Positions 11,568 to 25,625 of a stretch of DNA of 64,000 nucleotides are shown piece by piece. The stretch spans positions 1,798,001 through 1,862,000 of the forward strand of contig NW_027117342.1 in the NCBI RefSeq assembly GCF_038025025.1, in the 5' to 3' direction. Source of the DNA: Phyllosticta citribraziliensis (taxonomy: Eukaryota). A program made the translations under genes and the position numbers. Below the pieces are notes generated by a model. That model was not told where the DNA came from, did no database searches, and was given only the letters and a program-made list of their open reading frames with translations. Position 1 is the first letter of the stretch. Each line of letters opens with the position of its first letter.

Positions 11568-14500
11568 ATGGAGGGCCCTGTGGTCACCTCCCCTGGCGCC
11601 GCCAACGGCCTGCCATCGGCGAAGCCCGCGACGTCGACGTCGATAGACCCTCAAATCATAGTCGACCATCTCGTCAAAGTGCTCAACGTTACCTTGGGTG
11701 CTTCGGAAGAGGACCTTCGCGCTCCAAACAGCTTGCTCTCCGAGCCGCTTCTCGCAGACACGCTGCTGCGCTGCACCAGATTCGCCGTCGAGTCGCAGGT
11801 GGCGCTCTACATTCAAAGATCTGTCGTAGAACAAGACGAAGTGGATGGTGTGAATGGGTCGGAAGGTACTAATCATACCTCGCAACCACATAAACCACGT
11901 ACTGACAGCGGCCATGTTCAAGTCCCACACCCTCGATACACCTACATCTTGTCCTCCGAACTCTCCGCCACGTCCGTGTACGATGCCTGTATTGCCATCC
12001 TCAAAGGCCCGCAGCCCATTAACCCCGCCCTGCCCATCAACTCGCAGATCCAGGTCATTAACTTGCCCGGAATTGCTTCGTCTGAGAATGCGGCGCTGGG
12101 CCAGAGTGCGGCGAGCTCGCCTTTCGAGGCTTTACACTCTCTCGTTCATCTGGCGCTGGCGCCCTATTTCGATGCGTATACCAAGAGCCAGGCCGCATTG
12201 CATCCAAGCTGGAGCAAGGGAGACGCGGACAGCAGGACAGGGATTCCAGGTGCCAAGAAGAGGATGGCCGAGTTGGAGTTGAGTTTGCTTCAGTTACAGC
12301 AGAACACTGAGATACCCGAATTGTTTTTGGCGTTACCGGATGTAATTCAGCAGGCACTGGAAGAGGCGCAGGCGCGAGGCGTAAAGCCGTCCATTGACTT
12401 GATCCCACCTGGACTTTTGGACGACAGCAAGTTTCTGAACAACCTACAAAACATTGTCAATGGTTGGATCAGATCGATTCAAGCTATTACAAAGACGAAT
12501 CGCGACCCATCCAGCGGCAACGCAACCCAGGAGATCAACTTTTGGCTAAGCATGGAATCGGCTTTGGCCAACATCGAGCAACAATTGCGCAGCGATGGAG
12601 TCTCCCTAACCATGGATGTACTGCGGCACGCGAAGCGCTTCCAAGCAACAGTCAGTTTCAGTACCGATACCGGCCTGAAGGAAACAACGGACATGGTGCA
12701 AAAGTACAACTTGCTGATGCGCGACTTTCCCTTGGACGAGCTTCTCTCTGCGACCTCTCTTGAAAAGGTTCAAGAGTCGATCAACATGATCTTCACCCAC
12801 CTCAACAAGAAGCTCCGTGCGTCGCCGTATCCCATCAAGCGAGCGCTCGCGCTCGTGGAGGCAATTTCGGGAGATCTGGACGCACGGATACACTTCCTCC
12901 TCAATGGCCGGGAGTTGATGCATCAAGAGTTTCCCGATTTCGATGCCACGATGAAACTGGCCGATGGAGTCTGGAAATCATGGGATGAGAACGTCAAGGA
13001 CTTTACCAACGTTGCTCGTGAAGTCTCAAGGCGTAGGAACGAGAAATTCATCCCCATCAAAATTCAGCCGCAACACGTCAAGACGCAGGATAGGCTGAAG
13101 TACATCACCACCTTTCGGAGAAATCACGAGCAACTTCAGCGGACAATTGTCAATGTCCTAGGCTCCACCCCTGGCCCCAAAGAGTTGACTGACGGCACCA
13201 AGAGCGCTGAGGCTGCCATTGTCGAGGAAATTGGCGATGTCGATGCCGTGGAAGAGGTTGCCCAAGCGTACGCCGCGCTGAAAGACGTGGATGTGTTGGA
13301 CGTTTCTCCCGAGGGCACGCGCATTTGGGAACAGGCGGAGATGACGTACAACGAGCGTACGTCTCGTGTGGAAAATTCCATCATTGCCAGACTGAGAGAC
13401 CGCCTGGCCACTGCTAAGAACGCAAACGAGATGTTCCGCGTCTTCTCAAAGTTCAACGCGTTGTTTGTTCGCCCAAAGATTCGTGGTGCCATTTCGGAAT
13501 ACCAAACCCAGCTGATCGACAATGTCAAACAAGACATTTCGTCGCTGCACGAGCGCTTCAAGAATCAATATGGCCACTCTGAGGCTCACGCCATGGCTCA
13601 ACTGCGCGATCTCCCACCAGTGTCCGGTGCTGTCATCTGGGCGCGGCAGATTGAGAGACAGCTGGACGGCTACATGAGAAAGGTAGAGGACATTCTCGGA
13701 AAAGATTGGAATCTCCACACAGAAGGCCAGAAGCTTCAGAGCGAGAGCAACATGTTCCGCAAGAAGCTAGAGACGAGGCCAATCTACGAGGCATGGCTGA
13801 AGGAAGTTCAGCGCCGCAACCTATCAATCTCTGGACGTCTTTTCAGTGTAACCCGCAACCGTGCGGCTGGCAATTCTTTGGAGTTGGGTGTCAACTTCGA
13901 CCACCAAGTCATTGCCCTCTTCAAAGAAGTCCGAAACCTGCTCTGGCTGAACTACCAAGTCCCGCACGCCATCAGTAACATCTCCAAGGATGCCAAACGT
14001 GTCTATCCTTATGCAGTCAGCTTGATGGAAAGTGTCCGCACTTACTCGCAGACGACGCGCGCAATCGTTGAAATGGGGGAAGTCTCGATCCTCCTTCACG
14101 GCTACCAGAATGATTCACAAATCCTGGTCACCAAGGGTGTGCCCTTGAAGTGGGAGTCTTTTGTCCATGCACACGACTTGCACATTCGCCAGGTTTCCTT
14201 GACCACCGATCACTCCATCACAAGTGCCAGCCGCGAGAGTAAACATGTGCAGTTCGTTCGGGAGTTCGCTGCAGCAGTCTCGCTTCTCCAAAGCAAGACT
14301 GAGACGCTCAAGACGATCCATGCAACCATTGAAAAGGCGCTCTCTGACCTGGAGGGTTGCATTTACAAGCATGACGCGTTCTGGTCGAGCCTTGACGTCA
14401 TCCAACGCGCAGTCGACCAACTGAACCTCGAAAACTATGTCAACCTGCCTTATTACGTCTCCGAGCTGAATTCGCGGATCGAAACCATTTTGCTCAAGCG

Positions 14501-17500
14501 CCTTAGCACTGCCGTGTCTGAGTGGATCGAGGCCTTCAGCAACGCTGACGCCGAGAGCTTGGACGGTAGGCCGACGACGGCGCACTCTGAAGTCTCGAAA
14601 TTAGAGAACCGCCCTCGCCTTTCTCACCTTGTCCATGAAGTCACGATGCGCAATCAGGTCATTTACCTTGATCCTCCGCTAGAGTTTGCGCGGGCCAGCT
14701 GGCTTGATCAACTCCATGAGTGGCTAGGCGTTGTCTGTACCCTGCAGAAGATCAAGTCGTCTCGCTATGACATGAGGCTCGAGGCTGCCCAAGACATTGC
14801 GACCACGCGCTTCTCGCACCTTCCAAACCGATGCACTGAGCCTCTGACGCAAGTTTATGGCGCGATTGAGGACAAGATTCGTGAGGTCAGCGTGTACGTC
14901 GACGACTGGTTGCGCTTCCAGTCTCTTTGGGACCTCAAGTCTGATCAAGTCTATGATATTCTTGGAGAAGACCTTCGCAAATGGTTGCAGCTTCTCCAGG
15001 ACATCCGCAAGACTCGCTCAACCTTTGACACATCTGATGTCAGCAGGTCTTTTGGTAATGTCATCATCGACTACGAGCAAGTGCAGATGAAGGTCAACGC
15101 CAAGTATGACCAGTGGCAACACGAGATTTTGGTCAAGTTCGCTGCTCGTTTGGGTGCCCGAATGGCTGAGATTTGCGCTGAGATTGAAAAAGCCCGCAAA
15201 GACCTCGAAGGCCAGTCCCTTGAGTCCACTTCCACTGCTCAGGTCGTCCACTTCATCACATCGGTGAAGCAGTGCAAGCAGAAAGTCAAGACTTGGGCGC
15301 CCGAGGTGGAGATCTTCAGACAAGGCCAGACGACACTTACTCGTCAACGTTACCAGTTCCCCAACGATTGGCTTGACGTCGACCAAATCGAGCACGAGTG
15401 GGCAACTCTCAATGAAATTCTCGCTAGGAAGAGCAAGATTGTTAACGACCAGACCGATGCCCTTCGTGCCAGGCTGACTGCCCAAGACAAGGTCATGAAC
15501 GAAAAGATTGGCGAGATCATCCACCAGTGGAACCAGGAGAAGCCAGTCTCGGGCACAATCCCGCCTGACGAGGCCACGGCAACGCTTCAGCAATTCGATG
15601 CTAAGCTGACGCAGTTGAGCCAAGAAGCAAGAATGGTTTCCGAGGCGAAGGAGGCCCTTGACCTCCCTGCGAGCCCTGATAGTATCTTGCCAAACTTGCT
15701 CGAAGAGGTTCAAGATTTCAAGTCCGTCTGGGCCGCTCTTTCGACCATTTGGAGCAGTCTGAACGATCTCAAAGACACGTTGTGGACCAGCATTCAGCCT
15801 CGCAAGCTCCGCCAAAACCTTGACAATCTGCTTAAGATGACGAAAGAGATGCCCAGTCGCATGCGCCAATATGCTGCTTTCGAACATGTCCAGAATCACC
15901 TCCGCGGCCTACTCAAAGTCAACACCCTCCTTTCGGACTTGCGCTCTGAGGCCGTGCGTGAGCGCCACTGGATCAAAATTTTCCGCGCTCTGAAACCCAG
16001 CAAGAGGTACTCGCCGCTGTCTATGACTCTAGGCGATGTCTGGGACCTGCAGCTTGGTCCCAGCGAGAACATCATCCGGGACGTCATCGCTCAGGCGACT
16101 GGAGAAATGGCTCTCGAGGAGTTCCTGCGCCAAGTCCGTGAGACCTGGCAAAATTATTCCCTCGATCTTGTCTCCTACCAGAACAAGTGTCGTTTGATCC
16201 GTGGTTGGGATGATCTCTTTGCTAAGTGCAGTGAAAACTTGAACTCTCTCCAGGCTATGAGGCATTCCCCTTACTACAAAGAATTTGAGGAGGAGGCTTC
16301 GTCTTGGGAAGAGAAGCTCAACCGCATTCACGTCTTGTTCGACGTCTGGATCGATGTTCAACGCCAATGGGTCTACCTCGAGGGTGTCTTCACTGGCAAC
16401 GCGGACATCAAACACCTGCTGCCCATGGAGTCATCTCGGTTCCAAAACATCAACTCAGAATTCATGAGCGTCATGAAGAAGGTCACACGATCTCCTTTTG
16501 TCTTGGATGTCCTGGCCATTTCCGGTGTACAAAAGTCTCTCGAGCGTCTTGCCGAACTTCTGAACAAGATCCAGAAGGCGCTTGGTGAATATCTTGAACG
16601 GGAGCGTGTTTCGTTCCCTCGCTTCTACTTTGTTGGCGACGAGGACTTGCTGGAAATCATCGGCAACAGCAACGACACGCTCAGAATTGCCAAGCACCTG
16701 CGAAAGATGTTTGCTGGTCTCTGTGGTCTGCTCACTACTGAGGACACGATCATCACAGGCTTTACGTCCAAGGAGGGCGAGGAGGTCAACCTGAAGAAGG
16801 AAGTCTCGCTCGCGAAGACGCCCAAGATCAACGAATGGCTGTCTGCGCTCGAGCACAACATGAAAGCAACCCTCGCAGAGCTTCTCGCTGAAGCAGTTGA
16901 GCAGTTTGAAGGCATCGTCCACGCGGAGTCAATTGATCGGACCGCTTTTGAAGAGTACATCGCGAACTTCCCTGCCCAGATTGTTGTCCTCGCCACGCAA
17001 GTGTGTTGGACGACCGACGTCGAGAATGCTCTGAAGGCAGGCGGCTCTGACCTGCAGGCTCTGTATGATCGCCAGGTCAACATTCTGCAGTCGCTTGCCG
17101 CGGCTGTTCTTGGAGATCTTGATGCCATCCAGCGCAAGAAGTGCGAGCATCTCATCACAGAGTGCGTTCATCAGCGCGATGTCATCCACAAGTTGAACAA
17201 AGTCAATGCTGCCTCCGAAAACCACCACTTGTGGCTTCTGCAGATGCGCTATGTCTACAAGCCGGAAGGAGACTTCCTGAGGCGTCTGCAAATAAAGATG
17301 GCCAACGCTACGTTGGAGTACGGTTTCGAATACTTGGGAGTCGCGGAGCGCCTTGTTCGCACCCCTCTCACAGATCGCTGTTTCTTGACGCTTACTCAAG
17401 CACTCTCCCAGAGGCTTGGTGGCTCGCCATACGGACCTGCCGGTACCGGCAAGACCGAGTCCGTCAAGGCCCTAGGTGTGCAACTTGGTCGTTTCACCCT

Positions 17501-20500
17501 CGTCTTTTGCTGTGACGACACATTCGACTTCCAAGCCATGGGTCGCATTTTCCTTGGCATCTGCCAAGTCGGCGCCTGGGGTTGTTTCGACGAGTTCAAC
17601 CGTCTCGAGGAACGCATCTTGTCTGCTGTCTCTCAGCAGGTGCAAAACATTCAGCTTGGCCTGCGCAAGGGCGTTACCGACGAGAAGGCTCAAATCGAGC
17701 TGATTGGCCGCAACTTGCGAGTCGATTTGAACACTGGAATCTTCATCACCATGAACCCTGGCTATGCAGGCCGTTCAAACTTGCCTGACAACTTGAAGAA
17801 GCTTTTCCGCAGCGTGGCCATGTCCAAGCCAGACAAGGAGCTCATCGGTGAAGTTATGCTTTACTCTCAAGGCTTCTCACATGCGAAGAGCATTTCCACT
17901 CAGATTGTCCCCTTTTTCGACAGATGTTCAAATGAGCTGTCAAAGCAGGCCCACTACGACTTTGGTCTGCGTGCGCTCAAATCTGTCCTGGTCAGCTCCG
18001 GTGGCTTGAAGCGTGCTCGTGTTGCCGGAAACGACGAGAACGTAGGCAACGATGAGATCCTCGAGCCTCAAATCATGGTGCAAAGCCTGCGCGAGACGGT
18101 AGCGCCCAAGTTGATTCGTCCTGATGTCGATGTCATGATAGCGATCGAGCAAGACTGCTTCCCTGCCGTGGAATACCATCCGGCTCCTCTTGTGGCTCTT
18201 CAGCAAGCAATCCGCGATTCTGCAGCCGAGAACAAGATCGTCGTCAGCGAGAACTGGATGACCAAGGTCCTTCAGCTTTACCAGATTCAAAGCCTTCACC
18301 ATGGTGTGATGATGGTTGGTTCTTCCGGTTCCGGAAAGTCCACCGCTTGGAAGACACTTCTCCAAGCTCTGCAGCGTGTCGAGGGCGTCGAGGGTGTTTG
18401 CCACGTTATCGACCCGAAGGTCATGAGCAAGGAACACCTCTACGGTAGCCTCGACAGCACCACAAGAGAGTGGACCGACGGTCTGTTCACCAGCATTCTC
18501 CGCAAGATTGTCGATAACCTCCGTGGCGAAGACTCGAAGAGACACTGGATCATTTTCGATGGCGACGTCGACCCCGAATGGGTCGAAAACTTGAACTCCG
18601 TCCTCGATGACAACAAATTGCTTACCTTGCCCAACGGAGAGCGTCTCAACCTGCCGCCCAACGTCCGCATCATGTTTGAAGTCGAGACGCTCAAGTACGC
18701 CACTCTTGCCACTGTTTCCCGCTGCGGTATGGTCTGGTTCTCCGACGACACTGTTTCAACGGACATGATGATTTCGAACTATCTTGGCAACCTGCGTAGC
18801 AAGCCGTTCGAAGATCTTGAGGATGATACTGTTGCTCCTGGACAAATGTCACAGAAGGCTCTGCAGGTTCAGCAGTTCGTTGCAGACCTTCTCGAACATC
18901 GCCTCCTCGGTGACGGCTTCGTGAAGAAGGCGCTTGAGGGTGCCAGGGAGTTTAGCCACATCATGGAGTACACCGACATCCGTGTGCTCAACACCCTATT
19001 TTCCCTTCTGAACAAGACCTGCCGGTCCGTCCTGGAGTACAACGTCCAGCACCCTGACTTCCCGCTTGAGGACGAGCAAGTAGAGGCATTCCTCTCGAAG
19101 AAGTTGCTTCTCGCCTTGACGTGGTCGCTTACAGGTGACTGTCCTTTGATCCAGAGGAAAGAATTCGGCGACATTGTTGCAGGGCTCAGCACCATTGACT
19201 TGCCGCCCCTCGGAGCAGGGTCGTCGTTGATTGATTTCGACGTGACATTGCCAAGGGCGGACTGGACTCTGTGGCAGAACCAAGTCCCCAACGTCGAGGT
19301 CAACACGCACTCGATCATCGAAACCGACGTTGTCATTCCTACTCTTGACACGGTCCGCCACGAGGACGTTCTCTACTCGTGGCTTGCAGAGCATAAGCCA
19401 CTTCTTCTCTGCGGTCCTCCCGGTTCGGGTAAGACAATGACCCTGTTCAGCGCGCTGCGCAAGCTGCCCAACATGGAAGTGGTCGGTCTCAACTTTTCCT
19501 CTGCGACAACGCCGGACTTGCTCATCAAGACTTTTGAGCAATACTGCGAGTACCGCAAGACGCTCAACGGTGTTGTCCTCAGCCCCACTCAGATTGGCAG
19601 GTGGCTGGTCATCTTCTGCGATGAAATCAACTTGCCTGCTCCCGACAACTACGGCACGCAAAGAGCTATCAGCTTCCTCAGGCAGCTTGTGGAACACAAT
19701 GGTTTCTGGAGGACCAGCGACAAGAACTGGGTCACGCTTGACAGGATCCAATTTGTTGGAGCCTGTAACCCGCCCACCGACGCTGGCCGTACTCCCCTTG
19801 GTCTCCGTTTCCTTCGTCACAGCCCTCTGGTCATGGTTGACTACCCGGGTGAGCTCTCACTCCAGCAGATTTACGGCACCTTCAACAGCGCAGTCCTCAA
19901 GGTCATTCCGTCGCTCAGGGGATATGCGGAGCCACTTACCAAGGCCATGGTCCAAGTCTACTCCGAGTCCCAGAAGCGCTTTACGCCCGACATTCAACCG
20001 CACTACGTGTACTCGCCTCGTGAGCTTACTCGCTGGGTTCGTGGTGTGTACGAAGCAATCCGTCCTCTCGAGAATCTCAGCGTCGAGGGACTTGTGCGCA
20101 TCTGGGCCCATGAGGCACTGAGACTCTTCCAAGACCGTCTCATCGCGGAGGACGAGAGGAAGTGGACTGACGACTGCATCCACCGCATCGCCATGGAGCA
20201 TTTCCCTACCATCGACGAAGAAAAAGCCCTCAGCGGCCCGATTTTGTTCTCCAACTGGCTGAGCAAGAACTATGTTCCGGTCGAGCGTGACCAACTCAGA
20301 GACTTTGTGAAGGCTCGTCTAAAGACCTTCTGCGATGAAGAAGTCGATGTGCCCCTTATCTTGTTCAACGACGTCCTTGAGCACGTTCTGCGCATCGACC
20401 GTGTCTTCCGCCAGCCCCAGGGCCACTTGATCTTGATCGGTGTCAGTGGCTCAGGCAAGACTACACTGTCGCGCTTTGTCGCTTGGATGAACGGTCTCAA

Positions 20501-23500
20501 GGTCTACCAGATCAAGGTCCATGGAAAGTACTCGGGTGAGGACTTTGACGATGATCTCAGGAACGTCCTCCGCCGCTGTGGTTGCAAGGGCGAAAAGATT
20601 TGCTTCATCATGGACGAATCGAACGTCCTCGACTCTGGCTTCCTGGAACGCATGAACACTTTGCTCGCCAACGCGGAAGTCCCCGGTCTGTTCGAAGGTG
20701 ACGAATTTGCATCGCTCATGACAAGCTGCAAGGAAGGTGCGCAGCGCCAAGGTCTTCTGCTCGACTCCCAGGAGGAACTGTATAAGTGGTTCACGCAGCA
20801 AATTGTCAAGAACTTGCACGTCGTGTTTACCATGAACCCGCCCGAAGAAGGACTCTCCAGCAAGGCGGCCACGTCTCCTGCCCTGTTCAACCGTTGCGTC
20901 CTGAACTGGTTCGGCGACTGGAGCGACCAGGCACTCTTCCAGGTCGGCAATGAGCTCACGCAACGCGTCGACTTGGATAGAGGCAACTGGAAGTGCCCTG
21001 ACAGCATACCTGTTGCTTACCGCGAACTGCAGCTCCCCCCCAGCCATCGCGAGGCCGTGGTCAACGCCATGGTCTACATCCATTACTCGCTGCAACGTTT
21101 CAATCTGCGTCTCCGCAAGCAACAGAACAAGGTGACGCATCTCACCCCGCGCCACTTCTTGGATTTTGTCGCGCAGTATGTCAAGTTGTACAACGAGAAG
21201 CGCGAGGACTTGGAGGAGCAGCAGCGTCACTTGAACGTTGGTTTGGAGAAGTTGCGGGAGACGGTCGACAAGGTGTCAGATCTCAGAAAGAGCCTTGCTC
21301 AGAAGAAGACCCAGCTCGAGGCAAAGGATGCTGAGGCAAACGACAAACTGCAGCGCATGGTGGCAGATCAAAGAGAAGCGGAGTCGCGCAAGTCTACCTC
21401 GCTCGAGGTGCAGACTGCGTTGGAAAAGCAAGAGAAGGAGGTTGCTGAGAGAAGGGAAGTCGTGCTTGCTGATTTGGCTAACGCCGAACCGGCTGTGGAG
21501 GAGGCTCAGAAGAGTGTCTCGAATATCAAGAGGCAGCATCTCACCGAAGTCAGGTCCATGCAAAACCCGCCGCAGGGTGTGCAACTGGCACTGTCAGCCG
21601 TCTGCACACTGCTTGGACACAAGGTTACCGATTGGAAGAGCGTCGTTGCCATTGTCAGGAAAGACGACTTTATTGCATCGATTGTCAGCTACGACAACGA
21701 GAGGCAGATGACTAGGAACCACCGCATCAAGATGCGCAACGAATTCCTCGGCAACAAGGAATTTACCTACGAAAAGGTCAACCGTGCATCGAAGGCTTGT
21801 GGCCCTCTCGTGCAGTGGGTGGAGGCGCAAGTCAACTACTCGGAGATTTTGGATCGTGTTGGGCCGCTCAGGGAGGAAGTCGGACAACTCGAGGAAGCAG
21901 CTCTGCAGACCAAGGCAGAGGCTGCGGCAATCGCCAAGCAGATTGACAAGCTTGAGGAGAGCATCTCGGCCTACAAGACGGAATACGCCGCGCTCATCAG
22001 CCAAGTTCAAGAGATCAAGGCTGAGATGAGCCGTGTACAGTTCAAGGTCGACCGCTCCGTCCGCCTGCTAGACTCTTTGTCGAGTGAGCGCGGTCGTTGG
22101 GAGGAAACCAGCAAGAGCTTCGAGACTGCCATCGACACGATTGTTGGAGACGTTCTCGTCGCTGCAGCATTCATCGCGTATGGTGGTTACTACGACCAGC
22201 AGTACCGCAAGGCCATGACGGATGACTGGTACCACATGATGTCCATGAGCGGCATCACCTTCAAGCAACCAAATCCAGTCACAGAGTACCTCTCGACCGC
22301 GGATGAACGTCTCACGTGGCAAGAAAACAGTCTTCCGGCCGATGACCTGTGCACTGAGAACGCCATCATTCTGAAGCGCTTCAACAGGTACCCGCTCATC
22401 ATCGATCCGTCAGGCCGCGTCACAGAGTTCCTGCAAAAGGAGTGTAAAGACAGGAAGCTCACGGTTACATCCTTCCTGGACGACAGCTTCACGAAGCAGC
22501 TCGAATCTGCGCTCCGTTTCGGCAACCCCATTCTCATCCAGGATGCCGAGCATCTTGACCCCATCCTTAACCATGTGCTCAACAAGGAGTACCAGAAGAC
22601 CGGTGGTCGTGTCCTCATTCAGCTTGGTAAGCAGGAGATTGACTTTTCGCCAAGTTTCAAGCTCTACCTCAGCACGAGGGACCCGTCGGCGACATTTGCT
22701 CCGGACATTTGCTCCAGGACCACATTCGTCAATTTCACGGTCACGCAGAGCAGCTTGCAGACGCAGACCTTGGCCGAAGTGCTCAAGTCTGAAAGGCCCG
22801 ACGTCGACGAAAGAAGATCAAACCTCATCAAGATGCAGGGCGAGTTTGCAGTCCACCTCAGACAGCTGGAGAAGAAGTTGCTGCAGGCTCTCAATGAATC
22901 TCGCGGCAACATTTTGGACGACGACAATGTCATTGAGACGCTCGAGACGCTCAAGAAGGAGGCTGGCGAAATCAGCGCCAAGGTGGCCGAGACCGAAGGT
23001 GTCATGACCGAGGTCGAGAATATCACTCTGCAATACACCATCGTCGCGAGGTCGTGCTCTGCGATCTTCGCCGTCTTGGAGCAACTGCGTCACGTCAACT
23101 TCTTCTACCAGTTCAGCTTGCAGTACTTTACCGACATCTTCGAAGCCGTCTTGCGGGACACGAAGAACAATGCCAAGGACCTTGGTCATCAGGCCAGAAT
23201 TGATCACATTATCCGCGAACTCTTTGTGGATACCTACCGCAGGACGAGTCTGGCGCTGCTGCACAAGGACCGTGTCATGCTGGCGATGCTACTGGCTCAA
23301 GCCGCTCCCTTTAAGATGGACAAGAGCTTGATCGACGCGGTTTTGGATGAAGACATCCTTCCCGTCGACGTTTCTACAGAAGAGCACCAGAAGCACTCGG
23401 TCATGGTCAGGGTTGCCAAACACCCTCTGTTCAAGAACGTCATGGAGCAGGTCGGCCAAGCAGCTTGGGATACCTTTATGACCGAGGAGTTTGCAGAGAA

Positions 23501-24686
23501 ACACGTCCCAGCAGCCTGGCCTGAGAACACCGAGGAGCTTGACAAGCACCTCCGCGGTCTGTTGCTCATCAAGATGTTCCGCGTCGACCGCTTTGTTCCT
23601 GCGGTGGAAAGATTCGTTCTCCAAGTGTTCGGCAAGAACTTTGCAGGCGTCTCTGATGACCTGGGCACTATTGTTCATCAGGTCAGCGCATGCACGCCTA
23701 TCGCGCTTTCCTCTAGCCCTGGCTTCGACGCATCCTACAAGGTCGACAACTTGGTTGAACGAAGCCCTGTTTCTTGTACCAACATTGCCATGGGATCCGA
23801 CGAAGGTCTGGCGTCTGCCGATAAGGCCATCACTACGGCCGCTGCAACCGGAAACTGGGTCCTTGTCAAGAACGTTCATCTTGCGCCTACCTGGCTGCAA
23901 AGTCTCGAGAAGCGTATTGATTCCCTCAAGCCGCATGCTGACTTCCGCCTTTTCCTGTCCATGGAGACGTCGCCAAGGATCCCTGTCAATCTGCTGCGTG
24001 CCTCTCGTGTGCTCATGTTCGAGCAGCCTGCTGGTATCAGAGCCAACATGAAGGACAGCATGAGCCAGCTGGCCACGCGTGCGCAGAAGCAGCCCGTAGA
24101 GCGCGCCCGCGTCTATCTCTTGCTCTGCTTCCTCCACGCTGTGGTCCAGGAACGCCTTCGTTACGCGCCAACGCTCGGCTGGAAGGGCTTCTGGGAATTC
24201 AACGACTCCGACTACGAATGCTGCAGCACAATAATCGACGTCTGGGTCGAAAGCGTGGCAGGCGGACGTACCAACGTGGCGCCCAAGAACATTCCGTGGG
24301 ACATGCTGCGCATTCTGGTGACGGAAATGTATGGCGGCAAGATTGACAACGAGGGAGACTTTTCCATCCTGACCAACCTCGTCTCCGACGTCCTCGACCC
24401 GGCCGCCTTTGAAGACGGCTACAAAATCGTCAAGCCCGCCCCCGAGAACGACAACACGGCGCTTGAGCTCCCATCGGGCACGGGCTTCAGCAGCTTCGTC
24501 GAGTGGGTCAACGACTTGCCTGAGCGCGAGCCCCCGACGTATCTGGGCTTGCCGGCGAATGCGGAGAAGCTGTTGCTGGTGGGCCAGGCCAAGGAGATGG
24601 TCGGCAACTTGAAGGCGGTGGCGGAGCTACTGGATGAGGGGGAGCAGGTTATGGCGGAGGCGGTGGAGACGGAGGGCCAGGCGTAG
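11568..24686 (+). CDS. nudA: Cytoplasmic dynein heavy chain (probable 57-nt in-frame intron at 11866-11922)
   Basis: 4372-aa ORF with four P-loops ([32 protein letters not shown]), [28 protein letters not shown], stalk coiled coil and MTBD. Confidence 0.99.
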   Translation: MEGPVVTSPGAANGLPSAKPATSTSIDPQIIVDHLVKVLNVTLGASEEDLRAPNSLLSEPLLADTLLRCTRFAVESQVALYIQRSVVEQDEVDGVNGSEGTNHTSQPHKPRTDSGHVQVPHPRYTYILSSELSATSVYDACIAILKGPQPINPALPINSQIQVINLPGIASSENAALGQSAASSPFEALHSLVHLALAPYFDAYTKSQAALHPSWSKGDADSRTGIPGAKKRMAELELSLLQLQQNTEIPELFLALPDVIQQALEEAQARGVKPSIDLIPPGLLDDSKFLNNLQNIVNGWIRSIQAITKTNRDPSSGNATQEINFWLSMESALANIEQQLRSDGVSLTMDVLRHAKRFQATVSFSTDTGLKETTDMVQKYNLLMRDFPLDELLSATSLEKVQESINMIFTHLNKKLRASPYPIKRALALVEAISGDLDARIHFLLNGRELMHQEFPDFDATMKLADGVWKSWDENVKDFTNVAREVSRRRNEKFIPIKIQPQHVKTQDRLKYITTFRRNHEQLQRTIVNVLGSTPGPKELTDGTKSAEAAIVEEIGDVDAVEEVAQAYAALKDVDVLDVSPEGTRIWEQAEMTYNERTSRVENSIIARLRDRLATAKNANEMFRVFSKFNALFVRPKIRGAISEYQTQLIDNVKQDISSLHERFKNQYGHSEAHAMAQLRDLPPVSGAVIWARQIERQLDGYMRKVEDILGKDWNLHTEGQKLQSESNMFRKKLETRPIYEAWLKEVQRRNLSISGRLFSVTRNRAAGNSLELGVNFDHQVIALFKEVRNLLWLNYQVPHAISNISKDAKRVYPYAVSLMESVRTYSQTTRAIVEMGEVSILLHGYQNDSQILVTKGVPLKWESFVHAHDLHIRQVSLTTDHSITSASRESKHVQFVREFAAAVSLLQSKTETLKTIHATIEKALSDLEGCIYKHDAFWSSLDVIQRAVDQLNLENYVNLPYYVSELNSRIETILLKRLSTAVSEWIEAFSNADAESLDGRPTTAHSEVSKLENRPRLSHLVHEVTMRNQVIYLDPPLEFARASWLDQLHEWLGVVCTLQKIKSSRYDMRLEAAQDIATTRFSHLPNRCTEPLTQVYGAIEDKIREVSVYVDDWLRFQSLWDLKSDQVYDILGEDLRKWLQLLQDIRKTRSTFDTSDVSRSFGNVIIDYEQVQMKVNAKYDQWQHEILVKFAARLGARMAEICAEIEKARKDLEGQSLESTSTAQVVHFITSVKQCKQKVKTWAPEVEIFRQGQTTLTRQRYQFPNDWLDVDQIEHEWATLNEILARKSKIVNDQTDALRARLTAQDKVMNEKIGEIIHQWNQEKPVSGTIPPDEATATLQQFDAKLTQLSQEARMVSEAKEALDLPASPDSILPNLLEEVQDFKSVWAALSTIWSSLNDLKDTLWTSIQPRKLRQNLDNLLKMTKEMPSRMRQYAAFEHVQNHLRGLLKVNTLLSDLRSEAVRERHWIKIFRALKPSKRYSPLSMTLGDVWDLQLGPSENIIRDVIAQATGEMALEEFLRQVRETWQNYSLDLVSYQNKCRLIRGWDDLFAKCSENLNSLQAMRHSPYYKEFEEEASSWEEKLNRIHVLFDVWIDVQRQWVYLEGVFTGNADIKHLLPMESSRFQNINSEFMSVMKKVTRSPFVLDVLAISGVQKSLERLAELLNKIQKALGEYLERERVSFPRFYFVGDEDLLEIIGNSNDTLRIAKHLRKMFAGLCGLLTTEDTIITGFTSKEGEEVNLKKEVSLAKTPKINEWLSALEHNMKATLAELLAEAVEQFEGIVHAESIDRTAFEEYIANFPAQIVVLATQVCWTTDVENALKAGGSDLQALYDRQVNILQSLAAAVLGDLDAIQRKKCEHLITECVHQRDVIHKLNKVNAASENHHLWLLQMRYVYKPEGDFLRRLQIKMANATLEYGFEYLGVAERLVRTPLTDRCFLTLTQALSQRLGGSPYGPAGTGKTESVKALGVQLGRFTLVFCCDDTFDFQAMGRIFLGICQVGAWGCFDEFNRLEERILSAVSQQVQNIQLGLRKGVTDEKAQIELIGRNLRVDLNTGIFITMNPGYAGRSNLPDNLKKLFRSVAMSKPDKELIGEVMLYSQGFSHAKSISTQIVPFFDRCSNELSKQAHYDFGLRALKSVLVSSGGLKRARVAGNDENVGNDEILEPQIMVQSLRETVAPKLIRPDVDVMIAIEQDCFPAVEYHPAPLVALQQAIRDSAAENKIVVSENWMTKVLQLYQIQSLHHGVMMVGSSGSGKSTAWKTLLQALQRVEGVEGVCHVIDPKVMSKEHLYGSLDSTTREWTDGLFTSILRKIVDNLRGEDSKRHWIIFDGDVDPEWVENLNSVLDDNKLLTLPNGERLNLPPNVRIMFEVETLKYATLATVSRCGMVWFSDDTVSTDMMISNYLGNLRSKPFEDLEDDTVAPGQMSQKALQVQQFVADLLEHRLLGDGFVKKALEGAREFSHIMEYTDIRVLNTLFSLLNKTCRSVLEYNVQHPDFPLEDEQVEAFLSKKLLLALTWSLTGDCPLIQRKEFGDIVAGLSTIDLPPLGAGSSLIDFDVTLPRADWTLWQNQVPNVEVNTHSIIETDVVIPTLDTVRHEDVLYSWLAEHKPLLLCGPPGSGKTMTLFSALRKLPNMEVVGLNFSSATTPDLLIKTFEQYCEYRKTLNGVVLSPTQIGRWLVIFCDEINLPAPDNYGTQRAISFLRQLVEHNGFWRTSDKNWVTLDRIQFVGACNPPTDAGRTPLGLRFLRHSPLVMVDYPGELSLQQIYGTFNSAVLKVIPSLRGYAEPLTKAMVQVYSESQKRFTPDIQPHYVYSPRELTRWVRGVYEAIRPLENLSVEGLVRIWAHEALRLFQDRLIAEDERKWTDDCIHRIAMEHFPTIDEEKALSGPILFSNWLSKNYVPVERDQLRDFVKARLKTFCDEEVDVPLILFNDVLEHVLRIDRVFRQPQGHLILIGVSGSGKTTLSRFVAWMNGLKVYQIKVHGKYSGEDFDDDLRNVLRRCGCKGEKICFIMDESNVLDSGFLERMNTLLANAEVPGLFEGDEFASLMTSCKEGAQRQGLLLDSQEELYKWFTQQIVKNLHVVFTMNPPEEGLSSKAATSPALFNRCVLNWFGDWSDQALFQVGNELTQRVDLDRGNWKCPDSIPVAYRELQLPPSHREAVVNAMVYIHYSLQRFNLRLRKQQNKVTHLTPRHFLDFVAQYVKLYNEKREDLEEQQRHLNVGLEKLRETVDKVSDLRKSLAQKKTQLEAKDAEANDKLQRMVADQREAESRKSTSLEVQTALEKQEKEVAERREVVLADLANAEPAVEEAQKSVSNIKRQHLTEVRSMQNPPQGVQLALSAVCTLLGHKVTDWKSVVAIVRKDDFIASIVSYDNERQMTRNHRIKMRNEFLGNKEFTYEKVNRASKACGPLVQWVEAQVNYSEILDRVGPLREEVGQLEEAALQTKAEAAAIAKQIDKLEESISAYKTEYAALISQVQEIKAEMSRVQFKVDRSVRLLDSLSSERGRWEETSKSFETAIDTIVGDVLVAAAFIAYGGYYDQQYRKAMTDDWYHMMSMSGITFKQPNPVTEYLSTADERLTWQENSLPADDLCTENAIILKRFNRYPLIIDPSGRVTEFLQKECKDRKLTVTSFLDDSFTKQLESALRFGNPILIQDAEHLDPILNHVLNKEYQKTGGRVLIQLGKQEIDFSPSFKLYLSTRDPSATFAPDICSRTTFVNFTVTQSSLQTQTLAEVLKSERPDVDERRSNLIKMQGEFAVHLRQLEKKLLQALNESRGNILDDDNVIETLETLKKEAGEISAKVAETEGVMTEVENITLQYTIVARSCSAIFAVLEQLRHVNFFYQFSLQYFTDIFEAVLRDTKNNAKDLGHQARIDHIIRELFVDTYRRTSLALLHKDRVMLAMLLAQAAPFKMDKSLIDAVLDEDILPVDVSTEEHQKHSVMVRVAKHPLFKNVMEQVGQAAWDTFMTEEFAEKHVPAAWPENTEELDKHLRGLLLIKMFRVDRFVPAVERFVLQVFGKNFAGVSDDLGTIVHQVSACTPIALSSSPGFDASYKVDNLVERSPVSCTNIAMGSDEGLASADKAITTAAATGNWVLVKNVHLAPTWLQSLEKRIDSLKPHADFRLFLSMETSPRIPVNLLRASRVLMFEQPAGIRANMKDSMSQLATRAQKQPVERARVYLLLCFLHAVVQERLRYAPTLGWKGFWEFNDSDYECCSTIIDVWVESVAGGRTNVAPKNIPWDMLRILVTEMYGGKIDNEGDFSILTNLVSDVLDPAAFEDGYKIVKPAPENDNTALELPSGTGFSSFVEWVNDLPEREPPTYLGLPANAEKLLLVGQAKEMVGNLKAVAELLDEGEQVMAEAVETEGQA

Positions 24687-25594
24687 GTGGCCCTGTGACG
24701 ATTACGTAGACGAGGACGATGGGAGATGATTGTGTATGTGTATGTACGGGCATTGATGGGTATCATTGTTATGGTTTCATTTGGGATAGAGGGCGTTTTG
24801 GGTTGAATGGACTTGCTTCGGATATGGACGGCGGCGGTGCACTTGAACGACTGGAATGGCTTCACTTGCCGGCTTGCTTGTATGACTTAGAGTATGTAAC
24901 AGGGTGTACGTCAATGGGCTGGGCAGATGATCGTGGAGCATGCCTTGAGGCGCTTCTGGGTGTATTACGCAGTTGAAATTGAATCATCTACTCTGTGGGA
25001 ATGGGTGCGGTGCGGCGAGGCAAAGGAGTGTTAGTGTTGAGTGTCCATGGTGGACGCGTTGGGTCATCGGTATGTAAGTGCATCTCAGCTCCCATCAATC
25101 TCACAATGTGTAATAATACTGATCACTCAAACCACCACTCATCAGGAAACCTGGACAGTCACCGGCTAAGCAATCCTCAACAACCACTCATTCTACGCCC
25201 GGCTTTGGTAGTACCTGTTTCCAAGGCTTTCTGACAAAAGCCGTGGCGCAAGCCATCCTGAGGCTCTGCGGATTGCGGCTTGAACGCTCCCAAATACCCT
25301 CCCTTACGTACAGTGGGCTGAATGCTCCACGTCAGTCAGTCTTCTGTGGGAGCGGACGAATGCTTCCAGACTACCGGTACTCCCCGACTAATGCTCGCGT
25401 TCTCTCCAAGACTTTTGTCTCCAAGCCCCGTCCCATGGTTCTATGATGCTTTTTGCTGGTTTTGGTACGGTCGCTCTGACTCATTAGCCGAATAAGAACA
25501 ACACCTTCGTCGGTCACTCGCAACATTCACATACACTGCCTACGCACGCTCCCTGTGCTCCTTTTGCCGGTCCACCAACCTGTCCATCTATCTT

Positions 25595-25612
25595 CCCCCC
25601 CCCCCCCCCCCC
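25595..25612 (+). repeat. C18 homopolymer
   Basis: 18 consecutive C, ending 13 nt upstream of the ATG at 25626. Confidence 0.95.
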
Positions 25613-25625
25613 TCTGATTCTCACG

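Noticed and set aside
12000..24700. Numerous long minus-strand ORFs (up to ~290 aa) within dynein
   Set aside because: Antisense shadows produced by codon bias of the real gene; no motifs.
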